This document shows positions 36,086 through 45,014 of a DNA stretch of 64,000 nt, piece after piece. The stretch spans positions 35,248 through 99,247 of the forward strand of contig JBBAKL010000003.1 of assembly GCA_040403535.1 (NCBI GenBank), in the 5' to 3' direction. Below the pieces are notes generated by a model, which searched no databases, was not told the DNA's origin, and worked only from the letters and a program-made list of their open reading frames with translations. Numbering within the stretch: the first letter of the stretch is position 1; the number at the start of each line of letters is the position of its first letter. Made by a program: the position numbers and the translations under genes. The stretch is from Bacteroidia bacterium. Its GTDB lineage: Bacteria; Bacteroidota; Bacteroidia; B-17B0; Aurantibacillaceae.

Positions 36086-37212
36086 TAATGTATTAATCTT
36101 CCGCTAAACACATACAGTGCAAAGCATGCTAAGTTAAACATAATAAAAATGCTAATGTATTTAATTGCAAGCGGTGACATGCTTCCAAAAACAACATCCT
36201 TGTCGTTTACACGGCAATTATATTGGTAAATATTATGAATAACACTATATGCGCCGTAAATAATTCCACTCCAGATAAAATTTGGCTCAAAACCATTCCA
36301 GCATCCCATGGTAAACAAGGTTAAAAATATGGCCAGATTTTGTTTGGTTAATGGAGCCTTTTTTAACTTCTGAAAGCTATTAAGCCATTTGTAAAAAGGC
36401 TTGAATAAATAATCGGTTAACCAGTTAGTTAAACTTGCGTGCCAACGCTGCCAGAAATCGGGTGGATTAACAGCAAGAAACGGCGCATTAAAGTTAAACG
36501 GAACATTTATGCCAACCAATTTACCCATACCTACTGCCATAGCCGAATAACCCGCAAAATCAAAAAACAAATAAATGGTATAAGAATACATTTCATTTAA
36601 AAGCCACAATGGTTTGGTGCTCTCAAATAAATTAACATTTAACCAATAACGGGAAATAAATTCGGCAATTATAAACTTATATAAAACTCCAATTGAAAAT
36701 TCTTGTAAGCCACTTTCAATCTGAGGCGCATTAATGGATTCAAAGCCATTATTACAGTTTTCGGTAAAGCGTTTAAAACGATCTAAAGGACCAATATAGA
36801 ACGAGGGAATAAAGCAAAGAAAATTGGCATAATCCAAAAAATTAATTTTGGTTTTGTAATCACTGTCAAGCAAAACCTGCGCTGCCCTAAAACACACAAA
36901 CGATAAGCCGGCGAAATACATAAAAGGAAGACTAACATGTATTTTAAAAAGTATCATTGGAATGAGTAGAATAACTGTACTCCATAATTTATGATTGATG
37001 TATTTTGCCAGATAACTAGTAAACACATAACTAAATAGAACATAAATGCCCAACTCAATTCCATAACGAAAATACAGTGAGAAGTAAACCAAGGTTAATA
37101 TGAATGTCACTTCACGGTAAACACCCGACTTAATGGTCAACTTGCAAACCCATATTACCAACACATATACCAGTGCGAATACAAAAAAATCTATGTCAGT
37201 GAATGGTAACAT
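36085..37212 (-). CDS. dltB: DltB-like MBOAT-family membrane O-acyltransferase
   Basis: Polytopic membrane protein with MBOAT catalytic-His region FWQRWHASLTNWLTDYLFKPFY. Confidence 0.85.
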   Translation of the reverse strand: MLPFTDIDFFVFALVYVLVIWVCKLTIKSGVYREVTFILTLVYFSLYFRYGIELGIYVLFSYVFTSYLAKYINHKLWSTVILLIPMILFKIHVSLPFMYFAGLSFVCFRAAQVLLDSDYKTKINFLDYANFLCFIPSFYIGPLDRFKRFTENCNNGFESINAPQIESGLQEFSIGVLYKFIIAEFISRYWLNVNLFESTKPLWLLNEMYSYTIYLFFDFAGYSAMAVGMGKLVGINVPFNFNAPFLAVNPPDFWQRWHASLTNWLTDYLFKPFYKWLNSFQKLKKAPLTKQNLAIFLTLFTMGCWNGFEPNFIWSGIIYGAYSVIHNIYQYNCRVNDKDVVFGSMSPLAIKYISIFIMFNLACFALYVFSGRLIH

Positions 37213-37352
37213 TAAAATTGCGCGTAAATAAAGGAGAATGAAGAATGCGGTTTGTTATCAGCATGTTTATTTAACGGGTGGTACAAATAGTACACACCAA
37301 TTAAAATGAAGGCATACATCAAAATATTTAATATGATTTTTTTGAAATTCAT
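37212..37352 (-). CDS. dltX: DltX-like 46-aa single-TM micro-protein (not in the ORF track)
   Basis: Hand translation MNFKKIILNILMYAFILIGVYYLYHPLNKHADNKPHSSFSFIYAQF. The ATG overlaps the dltD-like stop (ATGA) and the TAA overlaps the dltB-like ATG (TAATG). The C-terminal hexapeptide FIYAQF resembles the conserved DltX tail as I recall it. Confidence 0.6.
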   Translation of the reverse strand: MNFKKIILNILMYAFILIGVYYLYHPLNKHADNKPHSSFSFIYAQF

Positions 37353-38548
37353 TCCTTGCAATATAAATTTTCGTTTATGAATTTATTAATCTGATACCAA
37401 CCATAATCGTATGGGTGCATAATATCCTCTAAAACACCAATGTCGTATTTTTTTATATTTGGGGTAAACATATCCAAATAAGTAAATCCGCCTTCGTCGA
37501 GTGATTTTCTAACCTCATCAATTGCCGGTCCCAGTTTTTCTAAGCCGTCATGAGCTAAAGTGTTTAAAGGTGTAATAACAAAACAAGGCTTTACATTATT
37601 CGACTTAAGAAATTGAATTAACGCTTTAAAATCATTTAACTCATTATTGGAAATGATAGGCACCGGATGAACATCCTTTTTATTCCCGCTACTCATCCAT
37701 TTAGAATAATACGCTTTAGCTACACCAAAAGAATTGTTGGAACATTGCTTTTTAAAATTCTCTTTAGAAACAACCAATAAAGAATCCCAATTTTCATTCA
37801 CGCAATTCATGATTCTTTTTTTAGGCTTCATCTTTGTAAGCTCATTTATTATCATTTCCTGAATTAAAAAATCGACCGAATAATTAATAGTGTTATTCAA
37901 TAAGTCGTTATTCAGTTTTACAAAAGGTTTATGAAATAATTTTAATTTATTAGCACGATGTGCGTATATGCGATGTAAACTGCCAGGCGAAGCAATTTTT
38001 TCGTATTGACTATTAACATATTTACTTATGTGGTTTTTAGTGTGTAAATCAATAGTTGTGTCTTTAAATATAGTGTACAGGTAACTCTCAGGACAAAACT
38101 CAAAAAACGAAGCAAGAGATGTTCCTTTAGCGTAATTACCTTCGAACCAACCCGGCGAAAGTATGATGAGCAAGCGAGAATTTTTTAGTAATTCTTTATT
38201 TGCGGCCAATACGGTTAACATGGCTAAATTTTGAAATCCGGCATGTCCAAATGCAAACAAATCTGCATGCTTTACTTCATTAAAATATCTATAGGGAACC
38301 CCCACTAAATGATTAGAGGTAAGTTCTGAAGAACCGAAAACAACAGGTGTACCGTTCGCCAGATTTCCGGAGAGATTAATTTGTCCTTTTAAATTATCAT
38401 CATAAAAATGATCGATAAATTTTTCAGAACCATATTTAGGAATAACAAATTTTGAGGATTCGGATTTTGAAACAGCAGGCTTAAAAGCAAAAAACAATAT
38501 TAGCCCAACACAAAAGGTTAGAATATAATATATAAAAATGTTTTTCAC
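37349..38548 (-). CDS. dltD: DltD-like membrane-anchored SGNH-type acyl transferase/esterase
   Basis: N-terminal TM segment IFIYYILTFCVGLILFFAF, Ser motif VVFGSSELTS, and C-terminal D-x-x-H motif LEDIMHPYDYGW. Confidence 0.75.
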   Translation of the reverse strand: MKNIFIYYILTFCVGLILFFAFKPAVSKSESSKFVIPKYGSEKFIDHFYDDNLKGQINLSGNLANGTPVVFGSSELTSNHLVGVPYRYFNEVKHADLFAFGHAGFQNLAMLTVLAANKELLKNSRLLIILSPGWFEGNYAKGTSLASFFEFCPESYLYTIFKDTTIDLHTKNHISKYVNSQYEKIASPGSLHRIYAHRANKLKLFHKPFVKLNNDLLNNTINYSVDFLIQEMIINELTKMKPKKRIMNCVNENWDSLLVVSKENFKKQCSNNSFGVAKAYYSKWMSSGNKKDVHPVPIISNNELNDFKALIQFLKSNNVKPCFVITPLNTLAHDGLEKLGPAIDEVRKSLDEGGFTYLDMFTPNIKKYDIGVLEDIMHPYDYGWYQINKFINENLYCKE

Positions 38549-38784
38549 TTCTGAATTTTAGTGATTAAGAGCTGCTGTATGGTTAAAGCGTCCTTAAAAT
38601 TTTCGGCATTAATTTCATTAAATGGTACCGATATACCCAGTTCTTCTTCCAAAGCGTTAGTTAAATCAACTACCAGTATAGATGTGAGGATACCTGATTT
38701 CAAAAGCTCGTCCTCCGGTTTTACCTTTTTGAAAGAGACTTCTTTTATTTTATCCAGAATAATATTTAATAGATCTTCTGCCAT
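38545..38784 (-). CDS. dltC: DltC-like acyl/aminoacyl carrier protein
   Basis: 79 aa. The phosphopantetheine Ser context SGILTSILVVDL aligns with DltC EGLLDSFGTVEL. There is a 4-nt overlap with the dltD-like start and a TAATG overlap with the upstream ALDH stop. Confidence 0.7.
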   Translation of the reverse strand: MAEDLLNIILDKIKEVSFKKVKPEDELLKSGILTSILVVDLTNALEEELGISVPFNEINAENFKDALTIQQLLITKIQK

Positions 38785-40229
38785 TATTTCAATTTAACAC
38801 ACACATTTTTAGGTTCGGTAAAGAAATCAAACGCTTCAAACCCACCTTCACGACCAACACCAGATGATTTTACGCCACCAAATGGTGTGCGCAAATCACG
38901 TAATAACCAGCAATTGATCCAAACAATTCCGGCGTGTAATTCATTTGCAACGCGGTTTGCTTTAGTGATATCTTGTGTCCAAACAGTAGAAGCTAATCCG
39001 TACATGGTAGAGTTGGCCATCATTAACACTTCCTCTTCTTTGTCAAAAGGAGTAATGGTAACCACCGGACCAAATATTTCTTCCTGATTAGTGCGACAAT
39101 TGTACGACAATCCTTCGATTATTGTTGGCTCTATATAAAATCCGTTTTCAAATTCACCATCAATTATTTTTCGTTTACCGCCACATAAAACTTTTCCACC
39201 TTCTTGTTGCGCTAATTCCACATAACTCAGAATTTTTTCCATATGTGATTTAGACACAACAGCGCCGATTTTCACTCCTTCTTGTAGCGGTTGTCCAACC
39301 GTTAGTTTCTTGGTACGCTCAACAAAATCATTCTTAAATTTTTCATATATAGAACGCTCAACAAAAATCCGGGAGCCACATAAACAAATTTGGCCTTGGT
39401 TAGCGAACGATGACAACATAGTTGTAGAAAGCATTTTTTCGTAATCGCAATCAGCAAAAATGATATTAGGATTTTTTCCTCCTAATTCTAAAGACATTTT
39501 CTTAAACATTGGTCCCGCTACGCTGGCAATATGTGCACCTGTTTTTGTTCCGCCGGTAAATGAAATAAGCGGAATATCTTTATGAGACACAATCGCGTTA
39601 CCTACTTTAGGACCTAAACCGTGCACAATATTTAAAACGCCTTTAGGTAATCCTGCCTGCATACAAATCTCAGAAAGCAAATACGCCGTCATAGGCGTGA
39701 CCTCAGATGGCTTGGCAACTACTGTGCAGCCTGCAGCAAGAGCAGGAGCAATTTTCCAGGTGAATAAATAAAGAGGTAAATTCCACGGTGAGATACAACC
39801 TGCCACGCCAACCGGTTGACGAAGGGTATAATTAATTGCCGTATCTTCCATTGCATGCGCATGCGACGAATAATGTAAAATTCCGGTTGCATAAAAGTTA
39901 AAATTAGCTGCTGCTCGTGGTATATCAACTGATTTTGCTAAATGTAAAGGCTTACCATTATCAACGCTTTCGATAAAAGCCAGCTTATCTAAATTCTCCT
40001 CTATTAAAAAAGAGATTTTTTGTAATATACGGGATCGTGTTTCCTTTGGCGTATTACTCCAGCCTTTAAAAGCAGCTTTTGCCGCTTGAGTAGCTAATGC
40101 AACATCACGTTCATCACTATCAGGAATCAACGAATAAACTCTCCCTCTAGACGGATCAACATTATCAATATACTGGTTACTTACTGGCGGAACCAATTCA
40201 CCATTTATGTAATTCTGTATTTTATCCAT
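38784..40229 (-). CDS. NAD(P)-dependent aldehyde dehydrogenase (ALDH8 / muconate-semialdehyde dehydrogenase-like subfamily)
   Basis: LELGGKNP (catalytic Glu), QGQICLCGSR (catalytic Cys), FTGGTKTG, and IPRAAANFNFYA. The subfamily assignment is tentative. Confidence 0.85.
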   Translation of the reverse strand: MDKIQNYINGELVPPVSNQYIDNVDPSRGRVYSLIPDSDERDVALATQAAKAAFKGWSNTPKETRSRILQKISFLIEENLDKLAFIESVDNGKPLHLAKSVDIPRAAANFNFYATGILHYSSHAHAMEDTAINYTLRQPVGVAGCISPWNLPLYLFTWKIAPALAAGCTVVAKPSEVTPMTAYLLSEICMQAGLPKGVLNIVHGLGPKVGNAIVSHKDIPLISFTGGTKTGAHIASVAGPMFKKMSLELGGKNPNIIFADCDYEKMLSTTMLSSFANQGQICLCGSRIFVERSIYEKFKNDFVERTKKLTVGQPLQEGVKIGAVVSKSHMEKILSYVELAQQEGGKVLCGGKRKIIDGEFENGFYIEPTIIEGLSYNCRTNQEEIFGPVVTITPFDKEEEVLMMANSTMYGLASTVWTQDITKANRVANELHAGIVWINCWLLRDLRTPFGGVKSSGVGREGGFEAFDFFTEPKNVCVKLK

Positions 40230-40235
40230 TACAAA

Positions 40236-40754
40236 TTATTTTTCGCAAAGTTCTTTTAAATTATTCAATCCCTGTTCAAACTGATGATTCAGATTTTTTA
40301 TGATTAGAGATCCCATTAACCGTCCCATGGGGTATGGCAATGGACCGTTATTATTCCACACTACTTTTGTGGTTCCATTTTTCAAGTCAGTGAATGTCCA
40401 ACTATCTAAAGCCTGAGATTTCCATGGCTTAATAAATTCAAGATCTAAAATAATCTCCTGTGGTGGCATTAGTCCTTTAACAGTTAAGCTACCTTGTCCG
40501 ATTTTTTTACCTTCCCATGAAAATTTATGTCCAACTGTAGCTGCCTCTCCACTAATTTCAGACGATGTATTTGGTTCTGTTTTATGCCATGGATTCCATT
40601 CGCGGTAGTACTTAAAATTTGCAACTTTTTCAAACACATCCGAACATGAATTATTAATGATTATTTCTTTTTGAACGGAATACTTTGATGGCATTATAGC
40701 TGCAGTAATTAGAAATAAACCAACAAATGCAAGTATAACATATAACACAATCAT
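40236..40754 (-). CDS. Membrane-anchored SRPBCC (START/polyketide-cyclase fold)-like protein
   Basis: The preferred start at 40754 gives MIVLYVILAFVGLFLITAAIMP. The track start at 40793 would include a TAnnTTTG box at 40777-40784. The fold call comes from length and pattern only. Confidence 0.5.
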   Translation of the reverse strand: MIVLYVILAFVGLFLITAAIMPSKYSVQKEIIINNSCSDVFEKVANFKYYREWNPWHKTEPNTSSEISGEAATVGHKFSWEGKKIGQGSLTVKGLMPPQEIILDLEFIKPWKSQALDSWTFTDLKNGTTKVVWNNNGPLPYPMGRLMGSLIIKNLNHQFEQGLNNLKELCEK

Positions 40755-40776
40755 AGTTGAAGATTTTAAGTTTAAA

Positions 40777-40784
40777 CAAAGATA
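40777..40784 (-). promoter_or_regulatory. Candidate -7 box for the SRPBCC/ALDH/dlt-like operon
   Basis: The minus strand reads tatctttg (TAnnTTTG), 23 nt upstream of the ATG at 40754 and just downstream of the cox terminator. Confidence 0.35.
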
Positions 40785-40790
40785 ATAAAA

Positions 40791-40823
40791 CAAAAATGCC
40801 CTCAGAAAAAGAGGGCATTTTTA
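40791..40823 (-). terminator. Intrinsic terminator after coxI
   Basis: caaaaatgccctc-agaaaaa-gagggcattttt. Confidence 0.65.
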
Positions 40824-40837
40824 AGATTTGTTAAAGA

Positions 40838-42664
40838 CTAGTGTTCGCCACCATCGTGCTCACCTTCGGCTAAAGGAACGGTTTGAGAAACCCAATCCTT
40901 TTCTTGCCCAGGCTTGCTATAGTCATATGCCCAACGGTGTACAACAGGCAATGCACCTGGCCAGTTACCGTGGATATTAGCCATTGGAGTTGTCCATTCT
41001 AATGTGTTAGCGTTCCAAGGGTTTTGAGGTGCCTTTTCGCCACGGAACATGCTATAGAAGAAATTAAACAAGAATACTCCTTGTCCTAAAGCCCCAATAA
41101 TTGCTGAAATTGTAACGATTTCGTTGATATCAACTAAATTATCGAACATTGGGAAGTTACTGTTTGTGTAATAACGACGAGGAACACCAGCCATACCTAA
41201 GAAGTGCATTGGGAAGAACACTCCATAAGCGGAAACAAATGTTATCCAGAAGTGGAGATATCCTAATTTCTTATTCATCATTCGCAAGAACATTTTAGGG
41301 AACCAATGATAAACTCCGGCAAACATTCCGAAGATAGCAGATAATCCCATTACAATGTGGAAGTGAGCCACAACAAAATATGTATCATGTACGTTAATAT
41401 CTAATGTTGAATCGGCTAAGATAATACCAGTAACACCACCTGTTATAAAAGAAGAAACCAATCCAATTGAGAATAACATTGCAGGAGTGTATTGAATATT
41501 ACCTTTCCATAATGTGGTGATATAGTTAAACGCTTTTACCGCAGAAGGAATCGCAATCAATAAAGTTGTGAAAACGAATACTGATCCTAAGAATGGATTC
41601 ATACCAGTCATGTACATGTGGTGACCCCACACAATAAATGATAAGAAACCAATAGCTAACAATGAACCGATCATTGCACGGTAACCGAAAATTGGTTTAC
41701 GTGAATTTGTAGAGATAATTTCTGATGTTATACCTAAAGCAGGTAATAATACGATATATACCTCAGGATGTCCTAAGAACCAGAATAAGTGCTCAAATAA
41801 GATTGGGCTACCACCAACGTTATCTAAAGGACGTCCGCCGATGTAGATATCAGATAAGTAGAAACTAGTTCCAAAACTACGATCGAATATTAATAACAAT
41901 GCACAAGATAATAATACAGGGAAAGATAACACGCCAAGAATTGCTGTGATAAGGAATGCCCAGCAAGTTAAAGGTAAGCGTGTCATGCTCATTCCTTTTG
42001 TACGAAGGTTAACTATAGTAATAATATAGTTCAAACCTCCTAATAACGACGACACAATAAATAAAGCCATTGAAATCAACCAAAGTGTCATACCTAATTT
42101 AGAACCAGGCATTGCTTCAGGTAAAGCAGATAATGGAGGGTAAATCGTCCAACCCGGAGAAGCAGGTCCATCTTCAATGAAACAAGATGCTAACATGATT
42201 GAACTAGATAAGAAAAAGAACCAATACGATAACATGTTCAAGAAACCTGAAGCCATATCGCGAGCTCCAATTTGCAATGGAATTAATAAGTTAGAAAAAG
42301 TTCCGCTTAATCCACCCGTTAATACCATAAACACCATGATTGTTCCGTGAATGGTTACTAATGCCAAGTACATATTAGGATCGAGTATTCCGTCTTTGCC
42401 CCACTTATCACCAAGAATTGCGTTTATAAATGCGAATTTCTCGCCCGGCCATGCTAATTGCATACGGAAAATGATCGACATTGTCATAGCAACAACAGCC
42501 ATAACAACCGCAGTAATTAAAAACTGACGAGAGATCATTTTATGATCCATACTAAAAATGTACTTACTCACAAAGCTTTCCTCATGATGGTCATCATGAT
42601 GAGCATGATTATGATGAGTAGCATGCTCGTGTTCTAGTGCTGTTGCTGTATGTGTAGATCCCAT
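40838..42664 (-). CDS. ctaD: Cytochrome c oxidase subunit I
   Basis: 12+ TM segments, FWFLGHPEVYIVLLP and HHMYMTG. His-rich N-terminus HTATALEHEHATHHNHAHHDDHH. Confidence 0.95.
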   Translation of the reverse strand: MGSTHTATALEHEHATHHNHAHHDDHHEESFVSKYIFSMDHKMISRQFLITAVVMAVVAMTMSIIFRMQLAWPGEKFAFINAILGDKWGKDGILDPNMYLALVTIHGTIMVFMVLTGGLSGTFSNLLIPLQIGARDMASGFLNMLSYWFFFLSSSIMLASCFIEDGPASPGWTIYPPLSALPEAMPGSKLGMTLWLISMALFIVSSLLGGLNYIITIVNLRTKGMSMTRLPLTCWAFLITAILGVLSFPVLLSCALLLIFDRSFGTSFYLSDIYIGGRPLDNVGGSPILFEHLFWFLGHPEVYIVLLPALGITSEIISTNSRKPIFGYRAMIGSLLAIGFLSFIVWGHHMYMTGMNPFLGSVFVFTTLLIAIPSAVKAFNYITTLWKGNIQYTPAMLFSIGLVSSFITGGVTGIILADSTLDINVHDTYFVVAHFHIVMGLSAIFGMFAGVYHWFPKMFLRMMNKKLGYLHFWITFVSAYGVFFPMHFLGMAGVPRRYYTNSNFPMFDNLVDINEIVTISAIIGALGQGVFLFNFFYSMFRGEKAPQNPWNANTLEWTTPMANIHGNWPGALPVVHRWAYDYSKPGQEKDWVSQTVPLAEGEHDGGEH

Positions 42665-42694
42665 GTTTATTTATATTAAATATTAGTAAAGTTA

Positions 42695-43726
42695 TTATTT
42701 AGATGCAACGGATTTAACTGCTTTTTGTTTTGATAACCATTCGTTATAATCTTTCTCAGATTCAACAATAATAGTCATTTGCATGTTGAAGTGAGAAGCT
42801 CCGCAAATTTTGTTACATAATAATGCGTAATCAAATTCAACCGGCTCTTGTCCTGTTTCAGCTCTTTTCTTATTAATACCTGCCATTAATTGCTTAACGT
42901 AAGGATCCTGACGCATTTCAGCAGTAGTCTTTGTTGGTTTGAATTTAAATGAAGTAACCATTCCTGGAACACAATTCATCTGTGCACGGAAATGAGGCAT
43001 ATAAGCAGAGTGAATTACATCGCGTGAACGCATAAACATTTCTACCTCTCGACCTACTGGAATATGAAACTCATTTTTAACAAGAATATCGTCATATCCG
43101 GTTGCATCGGCTGTATCTAAACCTACAGAATTGGTTCCACCAATTTGTCGAAAATCAGTTGAACCTAACTTGCCGTCCTTGCCAGGAAATCGCGCCGTCC
43201 AATCGAATTGTTTAGCATACAATTCTAAAACCACCTTTTTTTCGTCTTTGGAACTTGACATTATCTCATTCCAGTACTTTAGTCCGAAAATAATAATGAA
43301 TGCTAAAGCTACAGCAGGAATTACTGTCCATAACATTTCCAATTTATTGTTATGAGAATAATAAACCGCTTTTGAATTTTTACTTCCACGATACTTAAAT
43401 GCGAAGTAGAACAAGAAGAAATTTGTTACTAAAAAAATGAACGAAACTAAATAAATATTTGCGTCCCATAATAAGTCATATTTCTCTCCGTGCTCAGATG
43501 CCGCAGACGGCAACGTATTATCCATCCAGCTATTAATTTGCCAGAAGAAAAATAAGAAGAATAATATAGCAAAGGTGATCATACCTTTACCCATCATATT
43601 ATTATCGGCGTCTGTTACCTGCCATTCCTTGGTTTTCTTTAAACCTCTTGATAATTCGATAATTCTTAATAATTGATGTCCTGCAATTATCAGAAGAACG
43701 ATGGCTAATAGAACTAGAAGTTTCAT
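42695..43726 (-). CDS. ctaC: Cytochrome c oxidase subunit II (no fused cytochrome c domain)
   Basis: CuA site DVIHSAYMPHF ... CNKICGASHFNM. No CxxCH motif is present. Confidence 0.9.
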   Translation of the reverse strand: MKLLVLLAIVLLIIAGHQLLRIIELSRGLKKTKEWQVTDADNNMMGKGMITFAILFFLFFFWQINSWMDNTLPSAASEHGEKYDLLWDANIYLVSFIFLVTNFFLFYFAFKYRGSKNSKAVYYSHNNKLEMLWTVIPAVALAFIIIFGLKYWNEIMSSSKDEKKVVLELYAKQFDWTARFPGKDGKLGSTDFRQIGGTNSVGLDTADATGYDDILVKNEFHIPVGREVEMFMRSRDVIHSAYMPHFRAQMNCVPGMVTSFKFKPTKTTAEMRQDPYVKQLMAGINKKRAETGQEPVEFDYALLCNKICGASHFNMQMTIIVESEKDYNEWLSKQKAVKSVASK

Positions 43727-43777
43727 TTTATATAGTTTTTAATTCTGTTAAACTTTGGATTTCTTAATTATATATTA

Positions 43778-44992
43778 TTAAATGGAGTGATGTAAACTCT
43801 CGTCAATGTAAGGGTGATTTTTCACTCTTAATGGCGCTTTTGTTAATGCATTTAATACTACATAAATGAATAAACCTAAAAAGAAGAAGAAGGTTCCAAA
43901 CTCCATCCAGCTTAAACCTGTCCAGTGATGCCCTACTGTACCCGGCATAACCATCATGATTACGTCTAAGAAGTGACCAACAAGAATAATTGTTCCCACA
44001 AAAATTAAGAAAAAGAAATTGCGTTTGCTGTCTCTGCTCATTAGCATTACCATTGGAAAAGCAAAATTCACAAATAAAACCGTCCACATTAATGCTTTAT
44101 AGCTTTCCCAACGTGTTTGGAAGTAAATTACCTCTTCAGGAATATCTGAATACCAAATCAGCATAAATTGAGAGAAGTATAAATAAGTCCATAAGAAAGA
44201 AATCGCGAACATCCATTTACCCATATCGTGAACAGTACTTTCAGTTACGAATTCAAGATATCCTAATTTCTTTAACCAAACAATTAACATAGTAATGGTA
44301 ACCATAGCGCTAATCCACATTCCTGAAAACGCATACCATCCATATAAAGTAGAGAACCAGTGAATATCAATACTCAATAACCAATCCCATGCAGATGTAG
44401 AAGATGTTACTCCAAACACAACCATAAACCAAGCGCCTAGCTTAACGTTTTTCCAATGGTAACTGTTATTTACATCAATATCAAGTTTATCTGCATCAAT
44501 AGAATTTTTACGTAACTTGAATGTAAACCATACCCAAGCTACCATATATAATACGGTTCTAATCCACCAAAATGCGCCAAAATAACCCATTTTACCAGCA
44601 ACGATTGGGTCGTGCTCAGCTACAGTAGGATCCATCCATGCATAAAAATGATTTAAGTGTAACTGACTTACAATAAAAAACAACATAAGGAAACTTAATC
44701 CCCAAGGAAGATACATGGTTACTGCTTCAATAACTCGCTTAATTGTTGTTGCCCAGCCAGCCTCAGCTGCATACTGTAAGCCTAAGAAAAACGCGGCGGC
44801 TAAAGCAATTCCCATAAAGAAAAAAGCACTAGAGAACACATTTGCCCAAGCACGATTATGATTGTATTCAGGGTCTTCGTTTGTGTCCATCATAAACATC
44901 GCGATAATGGAGATCAATCCAATAGCCATCAAAATGAACGAAGCCATTTTGGCTTTAGAGGGGATTGTAAATTGTAGTTTATCAGTATTCAT
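43778..44992 (-). CDS. actF: Alternative complex III subunit ActF-like polytopic membrane protein
   Basis: About 10 TM segments, located after actE and before coxII as in Bacteroidota ACIII operons. Confidence 0.7.
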   Translation of the reverse strand: MNTDKLQFTIPSKAKMASFILMAIGLISIIAMFMMDTNEDPEYNHNRAWANVFSSAFFFMGIALAAAFFLGLQYAAEAGWATTIKRVIEAVTMYLPWGLSFLMLFFIVSQLHLNHFYAWMDPTVAEHDPIVAGKMGYFGAFWWIRTVLYMVAWVWFTFKLRKNSIDADKLDIDVNNSYHWKNVKLGAWFMVVFGVTSSTSAWDWLLSIDIHWFSTLYGWYAFSGMWISAMVTITMLIVWLKKLGYLEFVTESTVHDMGKWMFAISFLWTYLYFSQFMLIWYSDIPEEVIYFQTRWESYKALMWTVLFVNFAFPMVMLMSRDSKRNFFFLIFVGTIILVGHFLDVIMMVMPGTVGHHWTGLSWMEFGTFFFFLGLFIYVVLNALTKAPLRVKNHPYIDESLHHSI

Positions 44993-45014
44993 ATTAATAA
45001 TATCTATGAATTAA

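Noticed and set aside
34127-39928. ORFs 34127-34333(+), 38561-38797(+), 38887-39087(+) and 39719-39928(-)
   Set aside because: They are antisense or off-frame inside thiL, the carrier-protein gene and the aldehyde dehydrogenase.
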